A stretch of DNA of 64,000 nt, taken from NCBI GenBank assembly GCA_963784525.1, contig CAWART010000020.1, positions 23,844-87,843 on the forward strand. The letters are read 5' to 3'. Shown piece by piece: positions 55,307-62,782 of this stretch. A program made the translations under genes and the position numbers. A model generated the notes under the pieces. The model saw only the letters and a program-made list of their open reading frames with translations, had not been told where the DNA came from and searched no databases. Origin of the DNA: Candidatus Aminicenantes bacterium. Its GTDB lineage: Bacteria > Acidobacteriota > Aminicenantia > Aminicenantales > Saccharicenantaceae. The first letter of the stretch is position 1. Every line of letters starts with the position of its first letter.

Positions 55307-57436
55307 ATGGCCGCACCTATCATGAGCGGCGAGGGTTTCGTTTACGGGAAGGGCTTCCACGGCGAGGAGCGCGACGGTCTCCGCCGCTTCCGCTGGATGT
55401 CCGACGCCGCCGAACTGGCGATCCCCGCGGGTTCCATCGCGCGGGCCCGCTATCTGACCATCCCGATCTTCACCGAGGTCCGGGACTTCGGCCAGGTCCT
55501 GACCATCCGGCGCGGCGGCCGCGTCCTCGCCGAATTCGCGCTCGTCGATCAGTGGAACGATTATGACATCCCGCTGGCTCCGGAGGGCGGCGCGGAGGCG
55601 GGGGATCCGGCCGGATCCGCCGTGATCCTGACGCTCTCGTTGAACAAGCTTTTCCCCCCCGAGCATTATCCGGGAGACACGCGCCGGCTCGGGGCCCGGA
55701 TCGGCCCTCCCGAGCTCCGCGACGAGACGTGGGTTCCCCGGATCCTTCCGATCTTCCAATACGGGAAAGGGTTCTACGACGAGGAGAGGCAGGGACTTTC
55801 CTCGTTCCACTGGATGTCCGCATCGGCCGAGCTGTTGGCCCGGGCGGGGGCCGTCGCACGGGCCCGCTACCTGTCGCTCCCGGTCTTCACGGAGATCCCG
55901 GACCTCGGCCAGGTCCTGACCGTCCGGCGCGGCGATCGGATACTCGCCGAATTCGCGCTCCTCGATCAATGGAACGAGTATGACATCCCCCTGGTCCCGG
56001 AGGGCGGCAAGGATGACGGGATCGCGGCCGGAGACATCGTGACCCTGACGCTCTCGTTGAACAAACAGGTTCCCCGGGAGTGCTATCCGGACGATCCGCG
56101 TCCGCTCGGCGTCCGGATCGGCCCGCCCGAGCTCCACAGCGACGAGGGGCTCCATCGGGCCCTCATGGTCTCTCCCCAGAAGTCCGGAGCCTTCGCTTTC
56201 GGGCCGGGGTTCCACAAGGAAGAGGTCGACGAGTTCTCCCGCTTCCGCTGGATGTCCGACGCGGCCGAACTGACGATCGCGGCGGATGAGGCCTCCCGGA
56301 ACCGTTTCCTGACCATCCCCCTCCTCTCGGAATTCAAGAACTTCAGCCAGGTCCTGACGGTTCGCCGGGGCGGCCGGCTTCTCGCCGAGTTCGCGCTCCT
56401 CGATCAATGGAATTATTACGACGTGCCTCTCGCCCCCGAGGACGGCCCGGAGGACGGGGCTCCGGCCGATGCCGCCGTGACACTGACGCTCTCCCTGAAC
56501 AAGCCCGTCCCCCGGAAATATTTTCCCGACGACCCGCGCCGGCTCGGCGTCCGGGTCGGTCCGCTCGAGCTCCATGACGACGCGGAGCTCCACCGGAACC
56601 TCCTGGACTTCCACCGGAACGCCGTGCTGAACTACCGGGAGATGACGTCGGGCAGGGCGGAGCTCGCGTCCTACCCCCTCAACCTGGGCATCGACATCCA
56701 CGGCAAATGCAACATCAGCCCGCACTGCGTCTATTGTCTCTGGGACAGCATGAAGGTCCTCGAAGGGGCCAACGTGGATGTCCCGGTCGACGCCCGGACG
56801 CTCAAGGGCTACGGCCCGTTCTTCACCTCGGCCCGGACGCTCGTCAACTGTTCGTTCGGCGAGCCCCTGCTCCACCCGAAGTTCACGGAGCTCATGGAAT
56901 TCTGCGCGCGGAACAAGAAGATCGTCGAGCTCGCGACCAACGGCCAGGCGTTCACCGAGAGAACGATCCGGGCCCTGGTCGGCAGGTCCGTCTACCTTTA
57001 CATCTCTCTCGACGCCGCCTCGAAGGCGACCTACGCCAAGATCCGAAACGATCGTTGGGACGAGATCATCCCCGGGCTCCGCCGGCTCGGGGAGGAACGG
57101 CGGAAGGCGGGGAACCTGCCGCGGATCTTCATGGTCTTCATCCCGATGCGGGTCAATCGGGACGACCTCGAGGAATATTTCAAGCTCTGCGTCATCGTCG
57201 GCGCCGACGCCCTCGTCCTCAGGCCGATGCTCTTCCTGACCGAGCCGAACATCGTCGAGGAAAGGGGAGGGCACGTTTTCGATTATGAGAAGGAAATGCT
57301 CAACCGGCGGGAGGTCGAGGAGGTCATCCGCAAGGCCGGGGAATTCTCGAAGCTCTATGGAGTCCCCGTGGCCAGCCAGTTCGACTTCGGGCTGATGAAG
57401 GAACCCCGCGTCGGGAGAAAGGAAGACGCTTCATGA
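55307..57436 (+). CDS. radical SAM enzyme with three N-terminal tandem modules of unknown function
   Basis: Track ORF 55280..57436 (first ATG in frame at 55307). Residues about 19-432 form three homologous modules. The core has GKCNISPHCVYC, SFGEPLLHP, ELATNGQ and YISLDAAS, typical of SPASM-type radical SAM cores. Confidence 0.85.
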   Translation: MAAPIMSGEGFVYGKGFHGEERDGLRRFRWMSDAAELAIPAGSIARARYLTIPIFTEVRDFGQVLTIRRGGRVLAEFALVDQWNDYDIPLAPEGGAEAGDPAGSAVILTLSLNKLFPPEHYPGDTRRLGARIGPPELRDETWVPRILPIFQYGKGFYDEERQGLSSFHWMSASAELLARAGAVARARYLSLPVFTEIPDLGQVLTVRRGDRILAEFALLDQWNEYDIPLVPEGGKDDGIAAGDIVTLTLSLNKQVPRECYPDDPRPLGVRIGPPELHSDEGLHRALMVSPQKSGAFAFGPGFHKEEVDEFSRFRWMSDAAELTIAADEASRNRFLTIPLLSEFKNFSQVLTVRRGGRLLAEFALLDQWNYYDVPLAPEDGPEDGAPADAAVTLTLSLNKPVPRKYFPDDPRRLGVRVGPLELHDDAELHRNLLDFHRNAVLNYREMTSGRAELASYPLNLGIDIHGKCNISPHCVYCLWDSMKVLEGANVDVPVDARTLKGYGPFFTSARTLVNCSFGEPLLHPKFTELMEFCARNKKIVELATNGQAFTERTIRALVGRSVYLYISLDAASKATYAKIRNDRWDEIIPGLRRLGEERRKAGNLPRIFMVFIPMRVNRDDLEEYFKLCVIVGADALVLRPMLFLTEPNIVEERGGHVFDYEKEMLNRREVEEVIRKAGEFSKLYGVPVASQFDFGLMKEPRVGRKEDAS
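55334..56572 (+). repeat. intragenic tandem triplication (modules at about 55334..55717, 55751..56134 and 56189..56572)
   Basis: Offsets of 417 nt and 438 nt. Modules 1 and 2 share identical runs such as GGCCAGGTCCTGACC, CTCGCCGAATTCGCGCTC and CTGACGCTCTCGTTGAACAA. At the protein level each has FRW/FHW-MS, RYL.IP, QVLT.RRG, LAEFAL.DQWN.YD.PL, LTLSLNK and D.R.LG.R.GP. Confidence 0.9.
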
Positions 57437-57849
57437 ACGCGCCCGCCGACCCGCGCGCGCCCGCCGGTGACCCCGAAGACCTGGGCGGGGGGAACCGGCC
57501 GCTCTGCCGCGAACCGTGGATGAGCTTCTACATCCTGAGGCGCGGCGTCATGCCGTGCTGTTACGGCTTTCCGGTGGACGAGTTCGTCACCGATTACGCC
57601 CGCGTCTGGAATTCCCCGAAGCTCCAGGAGATCAGGAGATATCTGGCCAAAGGGAAGCTCAGCCCCTATTGTCTCCAGTGCCTGAGCTGTCCCATCGTCC
57701 AGAGGGAGCTGGCAAAGAAGAACGGCGCGTCCGGGGATCCCGACGCCCCCGTCGTCGCCCCCCCGCGGCGGCCGTTGGTCCTGCGCCTCATCAACCGGGC
57801 TCTCTTCGGACTCCCGTCAAAGACTCCTGAAGGCCTTCAAGCGCCGCTG
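57433..57849 (+). CDS. small Cys-rich SPASM/twitch-like protein, either a separate coupled ORF or the detached C-terminus of the radical SAM enzyme; 3' end uncertain
   Basis: The ATG at 57433 forms an ATGA overlap with the upstream stop. PLCREPWMSFYILRRGVMPCCYG...VWNSPKLQEIRRYL...SPYCLQCLSCP matches the auxiliary-cluster domain pattern. The track ORF runs on to 58503, antisense through the convergent gene, which I do not believe. Alternative-frame stops lie at 57830 and 57849. Confidence 0.55.
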
Positions 57850-57915
57850 ACGACCGGTCCCGGAAGGCCTCATCCTTTTGGGAAGCGGGCGGCGGATCTG
57901 TGTCCTCCGAGGCCC

Positions 57916-59547
57916 TCACCTGGCGACATAACCGAGCGACTTGAGCATCTCCCCGGCCTTGTCGTCGAGAGCGACATCCTTTTTGGTCCTGAGGATCTCC
58001 CGGACAAAGACATCCAGGCGGGCCTTGAGGGCGAGCGCCTCTGCGGAGAGACCGTCCTCGAATGTCACGGCCGACCTCTCGTCGGGGTCCTCGTCGTGAT
58101 CGAAGTATTCATAGCGGCCGGTTGCCGGGCACAGGACGAGATGTTTCGAGCGTTCGAGGATCCCGAACCTGTCCTGGACGGCTTCGGGCCTGTATGTTTC
58201 CTGGAGGACGGCCGTATCCGTGCCGGGCGCGAGATCCAGGAGGTTTCGCCCCCGGAACGAAGCCGGCGCTTTGAGTCCGCCGAGCCCGGCAAGGGTGGGT
58301 GCGACGTCGAGAAGGGTCACGGGCTCCGCCCTTCGGAGCCCCTTCGCCCGGGCCTTCGGGAGGCGGACGATGAGCGGGACCTTCATGTAGACCGGGTTGA
58401 GAAAGTGGACGTGGCCGATGTGAGGGTCGCCGAACGCGGTAAGGTACTCTCCGAGCCCCTCGCCGTGGTCGCCCACGGCCAGGATCGCCGTCCTGTCGTA
58501 TAGCCCGAGCTTCCGGAGCTCGTCGAAAAGCCTCCCGAGCTCGCCGTCCATGAATTCGACCTCCCGCCGGTAACCGTCCCGGGCGGCCTCGACGGGGACG
58601 ATCAGTTTTCCCCGGAGGACCAGCGTGACGGAGCGAGGCGCGTCCGGGCAGGAGATCTCGATCTCCGAGCGGCCCTTGAGGAAGGTCACCCCGTCGTTCC
58701 GGCGGAAGACCGAATCTTCCGGGAACCGTACGGAGACGGCGTTCGCGCCCGCGGGCTGGAGGGCGAGCGTGTCCATCCGGGCGGCGAATCGGCCGGCCTC
58801 GACAGGATAGGGGTTGGCGATCTCGAGGACGAGCCTGTTCACGCCCTTGTCGAGGTCAAGACGCGTCGCGATCGTCGCCCCCCTCTCGAGCGCGAAGGCT
58901 CCCAGGGACCTCCCGTTGAGGCCGACCTTCAGATCGTCCGGCGCGCCCGGCGGGGCATAGGGATCATGGGGATCGGAATAGTGGACCCAGAGGAAGAACT
59001 TCTTTGACCTGTTGGCCTCGAGCCACGGAAAGACCCTGGCGTTGAGCTCGTCGGCGGAGAGATACCAGCGGTCGGCGGGGAAAGCGTCCTCGTAGGTCTC
59101 GAAACCCCCGTCGAGCCCGAATTCGGAGGTCAGGACGCCGAGGCTGACGAACGCCGCGGTCGCGAAGCCCTTCCGCTTGAACAGCTCGGCGATGGCCGGA
59201 CGGGCCCCGGTCCTCCGGACGGCCTGGCCGTTGTTGTAGTTCTCGAGCGCGTGGGGCGCGTCGGAAAAGAACATCGAGGCGTGGGAGGGGAGCGTGATGG
59301 GGATGAGGGTGTTCGCGTTCTCGAAGAGCGTCCCCTCCGCGGCGAGCCCGTCGAGGACGGGGGTCAGGGCGTTTCCCGGGCGATAGGCGCCGACGAAATC
59401 CGAACGGGTCGTATCCAGGGTGATGAGGACGACGTTGGAGGGGGCGGAGCGATCCCGGCAGGCGGAGGCGGAAACGAAGAGGACCGCGCCGGCCAGGGCG
59501 AGGGCCCTCCGGCGGGAGGAACTTCGGGGGAGTCTGGGTCGGGACAT
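57916..59547 (-). CDS. sulfatase-like hydrolase/transferase (alkaline phosphatase superfamily) with a Thr-type nucleophile motif and a large internal insertion
   Basis: Start MSRPRLPRSSSRRRALALAGAVLFVSASAC (ATG 59547; an upstream alternative is at 59601). VVLITLDTTRSD metal site, TLPSHASMFF in place of C/SxPxR, HYSDPHDPY, AVGDHGEGLGE. About 130 aa are inserted between HDPY and YRREVEFMD. Confidence 0.85.
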   Translation of the reverse strand: MSRPRLPRSSSRRRALALAGAVLFVSASACRDRSAPSNVVLITLDTTRSDFVGAYRPGNALTPVLDGLAAEGTLFENANTLIPITLPSHASMFFSDAPHALENYNNGQAVRRTGARPAIAELFKRKGFATAAFVSLGVLTSEFGLDGGFETYEDAFPADRWYLSADELNARVFPWLEANRSKKFFLWVHYSDPHDPYAPPGAPDDLKVGLNGRSLGAFALERGATIATRLDLDKGVNRLVLEIANPYPVEAGRFAARMDTLALQPAGANAVSVRFPEDSVFRRNDGVTFLKGRSEIEISCPDAPRSVTLVLRGKLIVPVEAARDGYRREVEFMDGELGRLFDELRKLGLYDRTAILAVGDHGEGLGEYLTAFGDPHIGHVHFLNPVYMKVPLIVRLPKARAKGLRRAEPVTLLDVAPTLAGLGGLKAPASFRGRNLLDLAPGTDTAVLQETYRPEAVQDRFGILERSKHLVLCPATGRYEYFDHDEDPDERSAVTFEDGLSAEALALKARLDVFVREILRTKKDVALDDKAGEMLKSLGYVAR

Positions 59548-59655
59548 CGTTGCGGCCGTTTCGCGCGAGCGTATTATGGAGAATGCGTCGGGGATTGTCA
59601 AAACGATTGCATTGCCTCCCGGTATTGACTACAATTTTCCCGCCCGAGAGATATC

Positions 59656-60003
59656 ATGATAGAGCTTGCCCTGACCTTCGCCGTCTTCGGAGCCCTGGGG
59701 GCCGCCATGCTGTTCATGAATCGGCTCCTCGGGCCCCGCAAGCGCGGGCCGGCCAAGGACCTTCCGTTCGAATGCGGCAGTCCTTACCTCCAGAAAGGCA
59801 TCCCTCCGGTCCCCGTTCCCTTCGCGCTCGCGGCCCTGACGTTCCTCCTTTTCGACGTCGAGGTCGTTTTCTTTTTCCCCTGGGCCCTCGTGCTGAGGGA
59901 TGCCGGCGCGCGGGGCGTCCTCGCGTTCCTCGCGTTCCTGGCGGTCCTGGTCCCGGGATTCCTTTACGCCTGGAAGAAGGGCGCCTTCGACTGGGGACGA
60001 TGA
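59656..60003 (+). CDS. nuoA: NADH-quinone oxidoreductase subunit A
   Basis: 115-aa ORF with three TM helices. FECG and LFDVEVVFFFPWA motifs. Confidence 0.93.
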   Translation: MIELALTFAVFGALGAAMLFMNRLLGPRKRGPAKDLPFECGSPYLQKGIPPVPVPFALAALTFLLFDVEVVFFFPWALVLRDAGARGVLAFLAFLAVLVPGFLYAWKKGAFDWGR

Positions 60004-60473
60004 GCGGCGATTTTCTGACGACGAGGCTCGATAGCGCCCTCGGCTGGGCGCGCAAGTTCTCCCTGTTCCATTATCCGTTCATCACCGCCTGCTGCGGGAT
60101 GGAGTACATGTCCACGGCCTGCGCCCATTTCGACCTGGACCGCTTCGGGGCCGGACTGACACGGTTCTCGCCACGCCAGGCCGATCTCCTGATGGTCGTC
60201 GGGACCATCTCGATGAAGCTGGCCCCGGTCCTCCGGACGGTCCATGAGCAGATGACGGAGCCGAAATGGGTCGTCGCCTTCGGAACGTGCACCGTAAGCG
60301 GCGGCATCTACGACAATTACGCGGTCGCCCAGGGCATAGACACCATCATTCCCGTGGATATTTACATTCCGGGCTGTCCGCCCCGGCCCGAGACCGTCCT
60401 GGACGGCCTGATCAAACTGCAGGAGGCGATCCGGCAGGGAAAACAGGAGTGGAGATGGGGCCGCAAGGTCTGA
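60000..60473 (+). CDS. nuoB: NADH-quinone oxidoreductase subunit B
   Basis: The ATG at 60000 forms an ATGA overlap with the nuoA stop. ACCGMEYM, GTCTVSGG and IPGCPPRPE N2-cluster motifs. The upstream part of track ORF 59550..60473 is out-of-frame nuoA. Confidence 0.93.
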   Translation: MSGDFLTTRLDSALGWARKFSLFHYPFITACCGMEYMSTACAHFDLDRFGAGLTRFSPRQADLLMVVGTISMKLAPVLRTVHEQMTEPKWVVAFGTCTVSGGIYDNYAVAQGIDTIIPVDIYIPGCPPRPETVLDGLIKLQEAIRQGKQEWRWGRKV

Positions 60474-60940
60474 TCGAGGCGATCGAAGCGGGGTTCCCCG
60501 GCGAAACGACGGAGGCGTCCTTCGACCGGGATGACGTCGCCCTGACGGTCGGCAGGGGGGGCCTGGTCCGCCTCGCGCGGTTCCTCATGGCCCCGCCGCG
60601 ATCCTACAGAATGCTTCTCGACCTGACCTGCGTCGACCTTCGAGCGTCCGGCGGCGGATTCGATATGATCTATCATCTGAACTGCCTCGCCCCGCCGCGC
60701 CGGGTCCGGCTCCGGGTCCGGCTCGAGGCGGCCGATCCGTCCGTCGACTCCCTGACGGGGCTCTGGAAGAACGCCGACTGGCTCGAGCGCGAGGTCTTCG
60801 ACATGTTCGGCGTCGTCTTCAATGGGCATCCGAACATGAAGCGCATCCTTATGTACGAGGGCTTCGAAGGATTCCCCCTGCGCAAGGATTATCCTCTGCG
60901 CCGGCGCCAGCCGCGGACGGACAAGGGGGGCGGGCCATGA
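60455..60940 (+). CDS. nuoC: NADH-quinone oxidoreductase subunit C
   Basis: ATG at 60455. WKNADWLEREVFDMFGVVFNGHPNMKRILM and PLRKDYPL. Confidence 0.9.
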   Translation: MGPQGLIEAIEAGFPGETTEASFDRDDVALTVGRGGLVRLARFLMAPPRSYRMLLDLTCVDLRASGGGFDMIYHLNCLAPPRRVRLRVRLEAADPSVDSLTGLWKNADWLEREVFDMFGVVFNGHPNMKRILMYEGFEGFPLRKDYPLRRRQPRTDKGGGP

Positions 60941-62261
60941 CGCTCGATACGAGCCCCGGACGGGGGACCATGCTCATCAACCTGGGCCCGTCCCACCCGT
61001 CCATGCACGGCACGATCCGCATCATGGCCGAGCTCGACGGCGAGCGCGTCCGCTCCTCCGAGGTGGAGATCGGCTACCTCCACCGGGGCTTCGAGAAGAC
61101 CTGCGAACACCGGACCTGGTTCAACCTCCTGCCGTACACCGACCGGTTGAACTACGTCTCTCCGCTGATCAACAACACGGGCTACGCGCTGGCCGTGGAA
61201 AAACTGCTGGGGGTCGAGGCCCCGGAGCGCGCCCAGTATATCCGAGTCCTGATGAACGAGCTGTCCCGCATCTCGGACCACTTGACCTGCCTCGCCGCCA
61301 TGGGCATGGAGTGCGGCGCCTTCACCGTCTTCCTCTATATGATGAAGGCCAGGGAATACATCTGGGATGTCATCGAGTTCACGACCGGGGCGCGGATGAC
61401 GACCTCCTACATCCGGATCGGCGGGGTGCGCGCCGAGCTCCATCCCGACTACCGGACGGCCCTCGACAAGGCCGTTCTGGAGACCCGGCGGGTCCTCAAG
61501 GACGTGCACGGCCTCCTCGACGGGAACAGGATCTTCCTGGGCCGGACACGGGGGATCGGGGTCATGGGGGCCGAAGAGGCGATCGCCTACGGTTGGACCG
61601 GCCCGTGCCTTCGTTCGACCGGCGTATCTTACGACGTCCGGAAGGCCCGGCCCTACCTCGTCTATGATCGGATGGATTTCGATGTTCCGCTGGGCGAGCA
61701 CGGCGACAACTTCGACCGGTACCTTGTCCGCATGCGGGAGATCGACCAAAGCCTGAGGATCGTCGCGCAGGCCGCCGCGGCCCTGCCGCCCCGGGGCCCG
61801 GTCGCGTCGACGGGCCCGGACGCCGTCGAACCGGCCGAGGCCATCCGCGAATCCCGGCGCCGCAGGGTCGAGGCCCCGGTCCGGCTTTCACCCAACCTCG
61901 AGGGAAGCGAGAGGGACGTCGCCGACGGGATACGGGCGTCGGACCCGCGCTGTGCCCTCCCGCTCAAGGAGGACGCCTACACGAGCATGGAGGGGCTCAT
62001 CTCCCACTTCCTGTTCTTCATGGACGGGCGCGGCATCCGCCCCCCCGCCGGAGAGGTCTATTCCTCCGTCGAAGGCGGGAACGGCGAGCTCGGCTTCTAC
62101 ATCGTTTCCGACGGCACGGACAAGCCCTTCCGCCTGCACCTGAGGGCGCCCTGCTTCCATATCGTCGCGGCCCTCGAGCGTCTCATCCAGGGCCGCTTCG
62201 TGGCCGACATCATTCCCACGTTCGGATCGTTCAACATGATCGGGGGGAGCTCGACCGATGA
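60937..62261 (+). CDS. nuoD: NADH-quinone oxidoreductase subunit D, with a lineage-atypical insertion of about 43 aa and an apparent 1-nt deletion just before the stop
   Basis: The ATG at 60937 forms an ATGA overlap with nuoC. My own translation reads MLINLGPSHPSMHGTIRI...EIGYLHRGFEK...TDRLNYVSP...GELGFYIVSDG...RAPCFH. It is not in the ORF track because the shifted frame stays open to the window end. The expected end GGELDR-TGA is at 62259..62261. Confidence 0.9.
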
Positions 62262-62782
62262 GCATGCCCCTCGGCGCCGGGGTCCGCGAAGAGATCGACG
62301 CGATCGCGGCCCGATATCCCCGCAGGGAGGCGGCCCTTCTTCCCGTCCTCCATCTCCTCCAGGGCGTCTCCGGCGCCATCACTCCCGTCGAAGAGGCGCA
62401 GGCCTCCGAAGCCCTCGGCGTCGACCCGATCCGTGTCCGCGAAGCCGTCACGTTCTATACGATGCTCCGGGCCCGGCGGGCCGGAACGCACGTCATCCGG
62501 GTGTGCGTCAACCTGAGTTGTACGATGGCGGGCTCGGCATCCGTCCTGGCGCGGCTCCGGGAGGCCCTGGGGATCGGCCCCGGCGAAACGACGTCGGACG
62601 GGACGTTCACTCTTGTCACGGCGGAATGCCTGGGGAATTGCGACCGGGCGCCGTGCCTGCAGATCGACGGCGAGGACCACGGCCCCGTCGACGCCGACGC
62701 GATCGCGGGCCTGTTGGCCGGCCTGAAGCTCAAAGAGGATTTCGGGACGGGGACCCTTCCCGGCGAAAGGGGGAAAGCGTGA
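62258..62782 (+). CDS. nuoE: NADH-quinone oxidoreductase subunit E
   Basis: 174-aa ORF. VCVNLSC...ECLGNCDRAPC 2Fe-2S motif. Confidence 0.93.
   Translation: MSMPLGAGVREEIDAIAARYPRREAALLPVLHLLQGVSGAITPVEEAQASEALGVDPIRVREAVTFYTMLRARRAGTHVIRVCVNLSCTMAGSASVLARLREALGIGPGETTSDGTFTLVTAECLGNCDRAPCLQIDGEDHGPVDADAIAGLLAGLKLKEDFGTGTLPGERGKA

Noticed and set aside
55334-56572. The tandem repeats as a possible CRISPR array or non-coding satellite.
   Set aside because: The units are about 420-440 nt with no short spacer/repeat alternation. They are in frame and conserved at the protein level inside one long ORF.
54908-57274. A 788-aa minus-strand ORF with internal repeats.
   Set aside because: It is antisense to lpdA and the radical SAM gene. 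Its repeats simply mirror the sense-strand triplication, and the sense frame has the conserved motifs.
57433-58503. The full 356-aa track ORF as a real protein.
   Set aside because: Only the first ~90-130 aa look protein-like. The remainder runs antisense across ~590 nt of the sulfatase-like gene and is probably kept open by GC-rich composition or a missing stop caused by an indel.
55307-59547. The radical SAM/SPASM gene next to a sulfatase as a classic anaerobic sulfatase-maturating enzyme (anSME) pair.
   Set aside because: The sulfatase-like protein has TLPSH (a Thr nucleophile) instead of the C/SxPxR formylglycine motif. The rSAM protein has a CX5CX2C motif, a 430-aa repeat region and a reduced auxiliary-Cys pattern unlike anSMEs. 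The genes are also convergent.
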